64,000 nt of DNA from Octopus vulgaris (GCA_951406725.2 OX597815.1:65162001-65226000), one strand, 5' to 3'. Positions 39,049 through 53,132 are shown, counted from the stretch's first letter. Notes: generated by a model from the letters alone, not told the origin. Made by a program: numbers and translations.

Positions 39049-40649
39049 TATATATATATATATATATGTGTGTGGGTACACACACAAAAAAGGGCAAGTA
39101 AATGAATTTCTGCATAGCTCCATCTACCAATTTCACTTCCAAAGAATGGGTCAGCCTAAAGCTATATAACAGAAGAACCCTAGTCCAAGACACCATATTG
39201 TGAAGTGAATTTCTAAACACAAATTGTCTGCACTTATTAGACCAATTATGTTCATCTTCACAAAAAGAAATGAGAGAAGCTAAACATGTTTAGTGGCTCA
39301 AATTTAAATGTATTCAGGTTTTTTTTTATATATATAATTACAATACAATGGAAAATTATGAAAATAACATTTAAAAAGGGATGCAGCTGTGGCTGTGTGG
39401 TGAAAAGCTTCCTTCCCAATCACACGATTCTGGACTCAGTCCCACTGCATGACATCTGGGCAAGTGTCTTCTACTATAGCCCATACTGACTGGATTTGGT
39501 AGATGGAAACTGTATATTTATATCTCCTTGTTTTGACATCATATAATATATTAATTGAATGTCATTTGTTTCCAATATTCTGCAAAAACCATGTCTAACC
39601 TTGGGGAAATATTTTTATTTCCTTAAAAGCAGATAAGGGTTGGCAACAAGAAAGGCATCTGGCCATAAAAATCTGCCTCAATAAACTATGTCTATTACAT
39701 GCAAGCATGGAAAAGTGGACATCAATATGATTACAATGTATATGTAAATGTAAACAACTCTCGTAAAAAGACTACCATATTCAATGAAATTTAATTAAAG
39801 CTGCTGTAGAGATATGAATTCATAGAAATTAAATGTGACAAAAAAAGGAAAACCAAACTTATAAATTTTAGTTCCATTTGATAAAAAAAATAAAGTAAAA
39901 ATCTAACTTTTGTCAGATCTGAGTGCACTACAATTTTTAGAATGTTGAAGGTAAGGTGGTTATAAAACAGATGGTGATATTTGTATGAGCTGACACTTCT
40001 CTATGATGATAATTTAAATGAATGAAAGAGGTTTGAAGATTATTAAAGATTAAAATCTACAAAAGAATTCACTGTAGTAAAGGTATGGAATTTAAGGAAG
40101 AAGATATTTTCCAAGTGGTACTAGAAATGCATCTAGCCTAATCATGCAGTATACTACATTTATACAGAGAGTGTTGGTACCAATCTCATAAAGAAGATAA
40201 AACAGTACAATGTTAAAGATGCTTATATATGAAAAGCCTTCATATATATATATCATTGTTATAATCAGCATTTAACGTCCGCCTTCCATGCTGGTATGGA
40301 TTGGACCGTTTAATATGAGCCAGTTGGGTAGAAGATTAGACTTCTATTTCTGTTTAGGCATGGTTTTTATGGTTGGATGCTCTTCCTAACACCAACCACC
40401 CCTTAGAGTAGACTGATATATTGATAAATATATAAACACACAAATATTTATATGATTTTAATTATTTTTGAAAATTCAGAACAATGTGAGTTACAAAAAA
40501 TAAGTCAATGGCTTGTACTTTTATCATGTATTTTGTAGGACCTCTTTTTCAGAAAATCTTCGAAGCCTTGGTGCTGCAAGCTAGCTTTTCTCTCTGTAGT
40601 GTATGTAATGGACACAATATAGGATGGAGATGTCTTTAATGCCATGGCC

Positions 40650-40834
40650 CAGTGCTCCGCAACCTCTTTTCACTTGCAGTACACTTATATTCTTTTCAAA
40701 ATTGGACGGCACACCTGAACTAAAAATATAACTAAAAGTATAGGGAAAAAATTAATTTCAGGTTACACTGCAGCACACCTAGCATCGTCTTGTGGCACAC
40801 TAGTGTCCTACAGCATACCGGTCGCAGAGTACTA
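40650..40834. mobile_element. hAT-type MITE
   Basis: TIRs CAGTGCTCCGCAACC / GGTCGCAGAGTACTA. 8-bp TSD CCATGGCC (40642-49) / CCATAGCC (40835-42). Confidence 0.75.
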
Positions 40835-42792
40835 CCATAGCCTGATAAAATATACCTTGACCATGTTGTAAAGTTTTAAAATCTATGATACCAGAAAAGA
40901 GGAAAAACAAAGATATAGAGGTCATAAACCTTAGTGCAGGTAAGCAACTAAGGAGAATAAAATTGAATAAACCAACTGATTTAAGGCATAGTGTTACTAT
41001 GTATATTCTCTTGTGTTGTGACACATTAAAATGAACTCATATTATAATGGATGGTGATAGGCAGGGTACCCAGCTGTAAACAATGTCAAAATTACAACAT
41101 ACACAAGTAGTGAAATACTGTGAGACTCATCCAACCCATGCTAACATGGAAAACCAAATATAAAATAATGACGATGTTATAGAATCATCAGAAGGATTGC
41201 AACCCATATGTTTTGCAGAGCCTCTAAGTTTGGTAATGGAAAAGGGAGGAAGGAAAAACGATTCTATTCACTTCTGATTAGTGCAAGATAGTAAGATGTA
41301 CCAAATCAACACTACCGAGGTTCACCAGCACTCACATGTTAGGCATAAAAGATATCCAACACATGTTTAATACAGACAAACACTTCTGCTGATATCTTGA
41401 GTATTTTGTGTCATTGATATAAGATCCAGGTTTCAGGTAAATATAACAGGGATATGATGGTGCAAAACAGTTTCAAGACCCTATCTGATCAAACTCATTT
41501 CTTTAGTGTCATAAATACAATTCAACTTTTCTCATTCCTCAAGTTGACCCATTTCTAGAGACTGAGCTGCCAAGATACATAAAAGCATCCTCTGTAAGTC
41601 TGGTCCCTTAAACAAATAGATCAAGCTCCATACGTAATTCTTCTTGAAGTAAATGTAAAGATCACAGTTTTCTTCAGGTTTATTGTAAGGGGCTATTTTT
41701 TTCTGAATAGTTCTGCCAAGTGAGCCACAAGAATACAATCACCAGCATGAAAAGTTATAAAGGTCTTCAACTTAGCTATGGAACAATTCAGAATAACAGC
41801 TTACCTGATGTGCAATACCAGGCAAAGATACCTAGACCAGTCTTTAAATGTACAAGCAATCACCACTGCAAAATATATGGAGAATGAAGTGAGAACATTT
41901 CATTACCCTCAACTGTCAATATGAATCAGTTCCAATAGAGCACCATGAGTTGAAGTAGGCTTTCATACCAGTTGGACGAACATATAAACTTAGACATATT
42001 TGTGTGAGGCACACACACACAAATATATCCTCATAATTTTTATATCTGCTTTCCACACTAGCATGTGTATGAATGTTTACATTCAAAATGCTTTGCAAAA
42101 AAACCAGAAGAGTTACAAGCATTGAAGTTTGTTGTTTTCTATCAACATAGTATCTACTGACTCTGTGCTTTCAAAAATGTGTGGAATAAAAAGACCCTTC
42201 CTTGAAAAACAGGAACATTTAGAACATTTACTTAAAGTAAATGTTGACATTGACAATTACATAATGTTTTGCATTCTTCAGTGAAGAAACTTCTCTGAAA
42301 CACAAATTCTGCCTAATTTGACTTCTCAGTTAAAATTTCTACAGATAATGACAGACATGAATAACATCAAGTAGTAATAAGGATTTCTTCAAGGCAACAA
42401 ATATAAATAGTGGGTGGGGTAGGGATGTAAGAGAATGCAGTACTAGATAAGTTTTTTTTATATTTTTATCAACCAGAAACAGAAACAACTACCACGAGGA
42501 ATTTGAATCATGAATACCTATTAATTAAAAGGGTTACTGTTTATAGCTACATGAAAGCAATATTAAATAACTCTAGTATCTAACTGACTATGTTAAAAAT
42601 ATTTCACCAATGACAATATTATAAAAAAAAAAAATAGCCAACCAAAGGAAATAACAAATCCATGGGTAAGTTGTCTTCTACTCTTACCCTGGGCTGACCA
42701 AAGCCTTTTGAATGGATTTGGTACATGGAAATTGAAAGAAACCCATTGCATGTGTGCATAAACATGTGTACATATATATGTGTGAATGTATC

Positions 42793-42831
<39 letters not shown>

Positions 42832-42839
42832 CATAATCA

Positions 42840-43503
42840 TCATTTCACATCTGTTTTCTATGTTGGCATTGGTTGGATGGTTTGACAGGAGCTGGCTAGC
42901 CTTCAATTGTCTGTTGTGGCATGGTTTCTACAGCTGGATGCCCTTCCTAATGTCAGCCACTTTACAAAGTGTGCTGGGTGCTCTTAACATGCCACTATCA
43001 CAGGTGCATTTACACAGCACCAGCAAGAATGCATTTTATGTGGCACCAGCAGTAGTAAAGGACAACCTTGTATGTATGGATGGATGACAGCAATTTTACT
43101 TAGCTTGATATGTCTTCCCAAGTACAGAAAATTACAACAACTACTGGTTCCTCATTATTTCTTCAGCAAGGCCCAGCATCGAATGATCCTTTCTCACTGC
43201 TTCATCCCGCATTCTCCTGGATCTACCCCTTCCACAGGTTCTCTTCACAATTAGAGCTCAGCACTTCTTTGTACACCTGCCCTCATCCATACGCATCAAA
43301 TGACCAAACCAGCAGTCTTGCACACATTTGATGCCGCTTATTCCCAGTTTTCAGCATAAATCACTTACATACTGCAAACTGACAATACACATCCAGTGGA
43401 GCATGCTAGCTTCATTTCTTTCAATCCTTCGCAAGTCCTCTGTAGTCAAAACCCATGTTTGCCATGCAGAATAGCTGTACATACACAGATATCATACAAT
43501 TTG

Positions 43504-43505
<2 letters not shown>
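42840..43505 (-). mobile_element. RTE LINE 3' fragment
   Basis: Same 3' ORF end and 3' UTR motifs (gtttctacagctggatgcccttcctaatg) as 21904-23425. Degenerate. Confidence 0.7.
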
Positions 43506-43537
<32 letters not shown>

Positions 43538-44550
43538 CATGTTTGGTCATAGGGGAAAATTACCTTGCTTGGGTTGACAACAAGATACCAACTAGTTTAA
43601 GAAAATCTGTCTCAATACACTCTATCCAACCCATGCAAGTATGGAAAAGTGGATGTTAAAATGATGATGATGAGCAATCTGAAGAAAAATTACTTTAAAA
43701 ATATTGTAAATCCCCACTAACTGGAAAAGGTAATAGCACATATGAAAAACAAACTGTTCTGGGGGTAGCCAATCAATAATTATACTGCATTAATTAAAAA
43801 ACAATCTAAAACTATTTCAATTGTCATAGAATTCTATACATAGAAATTATTACAAGTTGTTTGGTCTGAATATCCACTGCAATGCAAAAGAGATTATTTG
43901 TATGCTAATATTATTTTGATAGTTGAAACTGGCCGAGTCATTAAAGTGTAAAGCCATAAGCTAATTGTTCAATATTCTATTATCAACATTATGCAATGTG
44001 TCTGGTAAAAGCACTTGATTTTGGCTGGTTTACTTCAGCAAGATGTCAATGAATATGGAGACATACAAAATAGTACAAACATAACAACAATAACACTCAC
44101 AGGTTGGAAGCCTAAGAAAAAAGGAGGAGGCCCCCTTATTAAACTTCCACTTTGGGGCATCTTTGCCACAAGACCACCTATCCCCATTGAACCATCATAC
44201 CTTATGAGATTATCTTGCTGGACTATCTTCTTTGCTTTGATATCTGCTTTATTGAGCCTTCTCGCTTTATACATTCACTTTTGGCCAAGTGCCCTATATT
44301 TACTTTGTTTTGCCAAACATCATTATATTTATCTTACTGAACTCCTGGTTATTATTTTTTTTCCTGCACAGACCAGCCCTCACCTGGACAGTTCTCCACA
44401 AGTCATCCTCAACATCAACTTGAAGGATGGATCTATTCTATTATTTTCAGCACTACTATCACTGTCTTTTACATCACTACCACTAATAAACTTAGAACTG
44501 AGAACAGTTACTTTCATTATGAGTATGATTGTTTATTATTATTATTATTA

Positions 44551-45910
44551 AAATGGTGAGCTGACTGAATCATTAGCACACTGGGTGAAATGCTTAGCAG
44601 TATTTCATCCATTTTCACATTCTGAGTTCAAATTCTGCCGAGGTCAACTTTGCCTTTCATCCTTTCAGAGAATAAGTACCGGTTGAACATTGAAGTCGAT
44701 GTAATCAAATCATCCCCTACCTACCAAAATAGCTGCTCTTGTGGCAAAATTTGAAATCAGCATTATTATTATTATTATTAAGGCAGTGGGCTGGCAGAAC
44801 TGTTAGAGCATCAGAAAAAATGCTTTGCAGCCATTTCTTCTGATTTATTATGTTCTGTACTCAAATCTCACCAAGCAACTTTACCTTTCATCTTTTCAAA
44901 GGTAATAAATACCAGTCAAGTACTAGGGCTGATGGGGAGGTGTAATGGCCCAGTGGTTAGGGCAGCGGACTCGCGGTCGTAGGATCACGGTTTCAATTCC
45001 CAGACTGGGCATTGTGAATGTTTATTGACTGAAAACCCCTAAAGCTCCACAAGGCTCCAGCAGGGGTAGTGGCAAACCCTGCTGTACTCTTTCACCACAA
45101 CTTTCTCTCACTCTTTCTTCCTGTTGTACCAGTATTTCAAAAGGCCAGCCTTGTCACGCTGAATCTCCCCGAGAACTACATTAAGGGTACACGTGTCTGT
45201 AGAGTGCTCAGTCACTTGCACATTAATAAATGAGCTGCGATGTCACTGGTGCCAAGCTGTATCGCCCTTTGCCTTTCCTTTGGATAACATTGGTGGTGTG
45301 GAGAGGGGAGGCTGGTATGCGTGGGTGACTGCTGGTCTTCCATAAACCACCTTGCCCAGACTTGTGCCTCGGAGGGTACCTTTCTAGGTGCAATCCCATG
45401 GTCATTCACGACCAAAGGGGGTCACACTAGGGCTGATGTAATCAACCTACCTTCTCTTCTCAAAATTGCAGGCCTTGGGCCAGAATTATAAAGAATTATT
45501 AATATGGTAGCAAGCTCCAGTATTGTCAAGGAAGCAGTAAAAATGCTTTGTGGCATTTCTTCCAATACATTATATTCTGAGTTCAAATGCCACCATGGTC
45601 AACTTTACTTTTCATCCTTCCCAAGTCAATAAAATAAGTACCAATAAAATTCTGGGATCAATGTAATTTACTAGCCCTCTCTCCACAAAAATTCAGGTCT
45701 ACTGCCTATTATTATTTAGAACACTGAATAGGCAGAATTATTAAAGTGACAGATCAATTGTTCTTTACTTTCTTGGTTCAAATTCAACTGAAATCAACTT
45801 TGCCTTTCAACACTCTAGGGTCAATAAAATAAAGTTCCAGTGAGGCATTGAGGCTGAGTTAACTAAACACCTCCCATAAATTTCTGGCCTTATGCCTATG
45901 TCAGAAATGA
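44551..45910 (+). mobile_element. Head-to-tail cluster of four same-family SINEs separated by (ATT)n tails
   Basis: Units start at about 44551, 44779, 45505 and 45720. Each has a gttcaaat B-box and caactttgcctttca...aagtaccag. Confidence 0.75.
44935..45425 (+). mobile_element. Younger tRNA-derived SINE (third family) nested in the SINE cluster
   Basis: 13-bp TSD ACTAGGGCTGATG at 44922-34 and 45426-38. A-box TGGCCCAGTGG and B-box GGTTTCAATTCC. Confidence 0.85.
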
Positions 45911-46998
45911 TTATTAAAACATTATTATTATTAAAATTCTTCAAGATTACTACAGATGACAAAGGACTGAGATGATTGGCAATTACCTGTGCTCTAGAAG
46001 ACCTGTCTGTCATGATGAAAATGAGATCCTAAATGCATCATGTTTATGTCTATACACTTACTGAGCAGTACCCCTGTACTTACTCTGTGCCTCGTCAAGC
46101 TTCCCCAAGTCATCTTCCTAACACCCATCACTCTTCTGACTATGGCACTATCAGGCTATTGCAATTACATGAGAGCAGAATCTGCACATAATTCATTCTC
46201 ATTTGTGATACCAGTTATCTCCTCCTCTTCCTGGGACCACTTCCTTTGATCCATCATCTCTCAGTCTCAGTATCATCTTTTCCCATTATATTTTTCACAA
46301 ATCAGCTCTTTCTGTGTCTCCTTTTATCTCTCCCTTTCCTATAAATGAGGTGTGTGTGTGTTTGTTTCCTATCTTGGTATCACATGATGTCAGGCCATGG
46401 GGAAATATTACTCAGCTTGGAAATAGGTGTAGGTTGGCAACGAGAGCATCTAATCATAGAAAATATTTCAATAAATTCTGTTTGACACATGCATGCAGAG
46501 AAATGTTATATTATGATAATGACTAAAATGGTAAAAAGGTAACAAAACGTTTTTAGTATTGTTCCATGCCTTTGCATTTTGGGCTCAAATATTAATAAGA
46601 GTCAAGTTTGCTTTTCATATTTCCAATGTTAAAGTACCAGTCATATATTGAGGTTCACTTAAACCATATTACCACCCATATCATTGGATGAATAGAGCTT
46701 CCTAAGATAGATAGCTCTTACTTGTGGGTTAAGCAGTAGGAAAGACATAAGCTATATAAAAGAAAAAAAACATACACAAATATACAAATTTTCAAAACCT
46801 ATCCCAGATATGCTAAGCATGGAAAATCATCAGTAATGTCCATGTTCCATGCTGGCATGGGTTGGACAGTTGAGGGCAGGTTTAGAAATGCTTGTATATT
46901 CTAATCATTCTACATTCACAATAACTTCTAGAACCAATGAGCTCCTGTAATAAAAAGGTTAATTGAAAAGCAATACAGAAAATATATGGTCATTCAGC

Positions 46999-47056
<58 letters not shown>

Positions 47057-47160
47057 TTTACATATATGTATAAATGTATATTTTAATTCTGTTGTGTTTG
47101 GAGAGTCATTCTCTTTTAGAGCCAGTAAAATTTCCTGTCATTTACTTATTTATTTTTTTC

Positions 47161-47251
47161 CTAAAATTTTCATTGCGTCTTGCAACCTTTTCAATAGTTG
47201 CTGACTCACAACAACTATTGAAAAAGGTGCAAGACGCAACAAATATTTTAG
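47161..47251. repeat. Hairpin, ~40-bp arms and 11-nt loop (probable MITE core)
   Basis: ctaaaattttcattgcgtcttgcaaccttttcaatagttg-loop-caactattgaaaaaggtgcaagacgcaacaaatattttag. Confidence 0.85.
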
Positions 47252-47349
47252 AATATATATATATATATCCCCACCCATGCCTTCACTGAAGGTAGATGTT
47301 AAATGACGATTATATATATAATGACCATGCTCGAATGCACATGAAAAAT

Positions 47350-47617
47350 AATGTGCCACCAGACTGGCTCCTGTGCAGGTAGCACATAAAAAACACCTTT
47401 GAGCGAGGTCACTGCTAGAACCACCTGACTGGCCCTCGAGCTGGTGGGACGTAAAAGCACCCACTACACTCTCAGAGTGGTTGGCATTAGGAAGAGCATC
47501 AAGCTGCAGAAACTTTGCCAGATCAGATTGGAGCCTAGTGCAGCCTTCTGGCTCAGTCCTCAGTCAAACCGTCAACCTATGCCAGCATGGAAAGCGGACG
47601 TTAAATGATGATGATGA
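47350..47617 (+). mobile_element. RTE LINE 3' UTR fragment
   Basis: gtaaaagcacccactacactc...ttggcattaggaag...ccagcatggaaagcggacgttaaatgatgatgatg tail. Confidence 0.75.
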
Positions 47618-47832
47618 CTGGCTTCTTTCAATTTCCATCTTCCAAATCCACTTACAAGGCTTTGATTGACCCAGAGCTTTAGTAGAAGACACTCAACCAA
47701 AGTGTTAGACATTAGGACTGGACCTGGAGCCATGTAGTTCAGAAGCATACTTCTTAATCACACAGCTATGCCTGTGCTTGGATTTAATTGATATTAAATT
47801 GAACATAGCCTGGTGTGTATGTATTGACATCA

Positions 47833-48283
47833 TGTGGCAACGGACACACGCTCAAATGGTGTTTTTTACATGCCACCTGCACAGGAGTCAGTTCAGCAGC
47901 ACTGGCAACGACCTCGCTCGAATATTTTTTTCACGTACCAGCACAAATGCCAGTAAGGCAACGCTGGTAACGATCACACTCAAATGGTGCTTTTTACGTG
48001 CCATCGGCACAGAAGCTAGACAGCTGCTCTGGCAGTGGTCCCGCTCAGATGGAGCTGTTAGCGCTCCACTGGCACAGGTGCCAGTCATCGAATTTGGTTC
48101 AATTTCGATTTCAATTGCCCCAACAGGTCTTCGCAAGCAGAGTTTAGTGTCCAATGAAGGAAGGTTGGCATGGGTGCCAGTCATCGAATTTGGTTCAATT
48201 TCGATTTCACTTGCCTCAACATGTCTTCGCAAGCAGAGTTTTGTGTCCAAAGAAGGAAAGGTACGCATAAGTGGGCTGGCTAC
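47833..48283 (-). mobile_element. RTE LINE 3' UTR fragment with internal ~95-bp tandem duplication
   Basis: Homologous to 22060-22325. ggtgccagtcatcgaatttggttcaatttcgatttca...tcttcgcaagcagagttt occurs twice (about 48077 and 48172). Confidence 0.75.
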
Positions 48284-48599
48284 GTCACATGTATATTATA
48301 TGTGTATGTATATATACATATACATAGAAACATATCTGTCATGAGGAAATATTACCTTAACTGGAAACAGGTGAGCACTGGCAACAAAGGCATCCAGCCA
48401 TAGAAAAGCCACTTCAACAAATATGAACTGACCAGTGCTCGCGTCAAAAAGTGGATGTTAAAACAATGATGATGAAATTCATTCACAAGTTTTTCATCCT
48501 GAGACTATAGAAGATACATGCCCAAGGTGCTATGCAATGGGGCTGAACCAGGAACTACATGGTCAGGAAACAACACAGCCATGCTGTGGCTATAGCTAT

Positions 48600-48719
48600 A
48601 TTCATATAATATATATATATACATATACATACATACATGTATGCACACTTTAGGTACACATATAAACATATACAAATATGAATGCATATCTACATATATA
48701 TCCACACAAATATATACAC

Positions 48720-48765
<46 letters not shown>

Positions 48766-48940
48766 ATATGTATATACATGTGTGCGTGTGTGTATACATA
48801 TATATATATGTGAGTGTATGTATATTTGTATATACATATAGACGTATACTTCATATGTACACACACATATATATACATTTTGATATATATACATATTAAT
48901 GCATATATACACATACATATATACACATACATACATACAC
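48600..48940. repeat. Complex (TA)/(CA)/(TG) low-complexity tract
   Basis: Directly visible and the source of spurious YIYI ORFs. Similar tracts at 49390-49600, 50755-50820 and 52360-52470. Confidence 0.9.
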
Positions 48941-49392
48941 TTAAAAATTTAATGAGAAATTATGATATTCAAAAGATGCAGTTTATATCATTTGTTCCCT
49001 ACATACACTTCACCATTGTGGTTATTTACATCCTCTACAGTGGATGTTCCAAGTAACTACACTACAACACTGGAAGTATACCCAATCTACATGGAGCTCT
49101 GAACTCATCAGCAGCAGTCATGCATTCTAACTGCTCAAGACATACCACAAACAAAAATGTGTATATATATATAAATAAATAGCTAGATTTGTTTTATACA
49201 CACACACAAGGAGATACATACAAATAGACACATACATTTAGGGAAATTTTAAGGCCTTATTATATACGTGTGTGTGTATACTGAACTAAGGAACATTATA
49301 TTCAATAGTTTTAATCTTTACTATTAATATACTTATCTATATAGTCCCAACAACTTGTTACACATCCCTATAGAAATACACAAGCACATTGA

Positions 49393-49423
<31 letters not shown>

Positions 49424-49538
49424 CAATTTTAAATACTCATACACACATAGAAATACATATGTATGCACACAACTTATACTTATGTATATATTAATGTTTT
49501 TGAATATACACATACTATATATAGTCTATATAGACACT

Positions 49539-49598
<60 letters not shown>

Positions 49599-52500
49599 CA
49601 GATGAACACTTATAGTTCCAGGTTATGGAATTGTAATATGTTGCACTATAGTAAACTATTATATCGATCGTTGGAGAACATTAAGAAATAATAATAATAA
49701 TGATGATGATGAATTATTCGTAATATTTTTCAATGATTTAATCGTTTAAAAAGAAATTGAAGAATGATAATGAGAATCAGTGGATGTCTGAAAGGGTATG
49801 ATGAGCGGCTATAATGGTTATCTAGTTGAAGACAATCTGTTTCAATATTCTTAAGTGAAGAAGCAAGCAGCTTATTTTATTGCAAGTTTTCTTGTATAAC
49901 TGACTCACAGGAAGTACATGAATGAGGAACTGGGGGGGAAAAATGATTGTTACTTCCAGGATAAAATGCAGCACTTTATGGAGAAAAAGAGATCGAGATG
50001 TGTGTTTGTGGGTGGGCTGAGCATAGCTATTTTGTTTCGATGAGATATAATAAAACAAAAAAATAAAACCTTTCTTCTCCATGAACATGGAAATTAGGAC
50101 CGTGATAATATGAGAAAGCTGAGAATTTATTTTTCAGTGATAGCACTAATAAAATGATGATTTAGATCTAGGATGAAATGAAGAAGAAAAATAATAAAAT
50201 AAAATGACAATACTAATTATAGATGACGTATCATGAACGTGAGTGGGTTGTGTGTGTGTGAAAAGACGATGGGGTTAGAAATAAAGAAGACACTTCTACA
50301 ACATATTTATTCCTTAAACGCTTAAGTTTTAAAAACGCGATCACGGGGTTCGTTCTTTTAAATTTTATACCATTACACACAGAGAAATTATATCATCCAC
50401 AATACATTACACACACAAACTCAGTTATTTATGAATATATGAAATTTAGAAATCTTGGAAGATCTGACTGAGAAAAAGGTTTTTAATTTTTCGGTCTAAC
50501 TTAGTAAATCCACAGGTAGATATTTTAATAAATTCGATTGAATCACAGAAAAGGGAAATTAAAAAGAAAGAGAGACCAGAAGAAAGACGAGATAGAAAGA
50601 AATAAGACATGGTTGTCTTCTCTTAAAGAGGAAAAATAATTCTCTTTTACCCAAACATTTCAGAATATCTTAAAATACTATTGTTGTTAGATGTATTATT
50701 AACAGAAAAAAACTGTTAATTACTTAAATATTCTACCCTCATCTATTAACCAACATATATACACACATATATATATATATATATATACATATACATACAT
50801 ACATACACACACACATATATGCCTGTGATGTTCTAAGTCAAAATCTCAGATTTACAAAAATAATAAATGGGGTTGTTTAATTTACTCCAATTCCGAATGG
50901 GTTAAAAATTACATAATTTTTTACATAGCATACTGAGTGTGATCTATCCACATTAAGATATTACCCTTTATTTGTATATGTTAATATACACTTTATGAAA
51001 ACTCAACACACACCAGAATATATCCAGCATTATATGTGTCTATATATATAGTCAGTCTGCTTTACAGAGCAACACCAACTACTTTCGAAATTAATGGTAA
51101 ATCCTTAAAACTCGCTCTGGCTACTTTTCTATTTAAAGCCATTAGTGTGTGTGTGTAACACCACATTAATTTAACAAAAGAGCTTTTAAAATATTTTAAT
51201 GATCTAATTAATTTTAAAACAATAATAGTGACAAATCGTTTCTATATTTTTTGTCTTCGATATATTCTATCATTAATACAGTGTGTGTGTTATCTGACAA
51301 AGGAGTGGGTGGATAAGTGATGCTGGTAGACAAAAAAACATAGTTGGGTAGGTTGACTAAATGGGATGGTAAAGAAAAAGACATCCATCCCTGAAGCTTT
51401 GGTAATAAGGTCGGTTGGAGGTTAGTTAAATGCAAAACGGAAGCGCTGGTTTCAGGAGAAGGGGTGGTGGCAGAAGGCGACTGGTGGTGGTACTATAGGG
51501 TACAAGAAAGGTGTTGGTCGTTGTTATATTTTTAGGGTACAAGGAAAACGGCGGTGGTACTTAGAGTACAAAAAGGATAGTTGGTGGTGATGGCGGCAGT
51601 ATGGGATACAAGCCTCAACTTTTCTTCAGGCATTTACCATTTTATATCAACATCGGTCGCCTTAGACATCTCTACCACATACAGAAAACAAACATAAAAC
51701 AGAGTGTAGGAGTAGAACAGTGTCGTTATGTGTATATATTCAACTATGTATATGTACGATTAAAAAGGTGTGTGTGTAGTTATATGTATTGCTATAAGTA
51801 GTAGTCTACATTCAGTGTATATAATATACAAATCACGGATATCAATATCACTGCTGAGTGTGCGTGTATCTATGTATCTATATATATATATAGCAATATG
51901 TATGAGGTACCACCATTACAGTACTTAATGTATAAACAATCGACCCAGTTTCACAATACCTGCCTATACGTTGCAACATACACACACATATACGGACAGA
52001 CACAAGCAAAAATTACTTGTATGGAAAGAAACAGAATGTATATTTTTATCTAGGGTGGGGTGGGGAGGTAATATCACAAAATGATGTTTCTATTGTTCCT
52101 TTTTCTCAATTAAAGCAGGTGTGTGTATGACAAACATCACGGATATATATATATATATATACATATATATGATACTACAGATTAAGGTAGGTGTGTGTAT
52201 ATATATATATATAATACCACGTATTGATGAGTAACAGTAATATATCCGGTTTGGTAAGTCAATACATAATTCGAAATGTTACTGCTTAATAACCGAAGAA
52301 ATTATTATTGCTGTACTTGCAGATTATATTAATAAATATAATTATGAATAAACAAATATGCATAGGTGTGTGTGTATGTATGTATGCATGTATATATATG
52401 TGTCAATATGTTTAAAGTGTATGAGTATATATATGTGTGTGTGTGTGTATATATATATATATACACATATGTCTATGTGTGCGTCGAGACAGTGAAAGAG

Positions 52501-53132
52501 AGCATTTTTGTAGAGGCAATATATATGAAGGAGGTTAGATGAGAGACAGAGAGATTCTACCAATGTTGGGGAAGGTGGCAATCGAAGACTCAGCCACGGA
52601 AAGAAATGGTGACTAATGCCACTAAATCAAGGCATTCACTGTTAAATTTTCAATAACACGACACTTCAATCCCCACCACTTTTTTTTTACTATTTTTCAA
52701 AATAGATTGACAAAAAAAACAATCCTTTAAAAAGAAAACCTATAAGGTTCTTCGGTATTTTTTAACATAATATAATTAGGAACTCTGAACAAGTTTTTCA
52801 ATTACACTGAATTATATATAAGAATAAAATTCTGAAATATAACAAGAATGGGAAAACACACAAAAAAAATACATGATGGTACTTATATTATATTTTAGAA
52901 ATTGTGGTAATAAACATAAACGATCGTAGACTGAATATCTATAAAGGAAAAAAAAATCAACAACATATATGTGTGTGTGTGTATTACATATATACATATA
53001 AATACATAGAAAGAACCTATGTGTATGTAAAATAAATGCTGTATAACAGTGTGATCTATGTAAATGTTCGCTGTAAGGCATATATATAATATATACATGT
53101 ATTTATGGTGTTTTAAACCCAACATTACTTAC

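Larger units (their letters stand above)
1..53132 (-). other. Probable very large intron of the CK1-gamma gene
   Basis: Starts at the donor at 53132. The expected next exon (KNLYxNExVAIKLE-type) is not in the ORF track and was not found by eye. It is typically very short, so it could have been missed. Confidence 0.55.

Noticed and set aside
44015-44551. 178-aa hydrophobic ORF
   Set aside because: Non-ATG start, no recognisable domain, and ends in (TTA)n. Probably chance or a decayed repeat.
44935-45010. tRNA gene
   Set aside because: It is the head of a 491-bp SINE bounded by a TSD, with no clean acceptor stem or T-run terminator.
47778-48344. 188-aa ORF with internal repeats
   Set aside because: Reads through the tandemly repeated RTE 3' UTR.
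48505-49056. Several overlapping 66-143 aa ORFs
   Set aside because: Translations (YIYI/VCVC) come from dinucleotide microsatellites.
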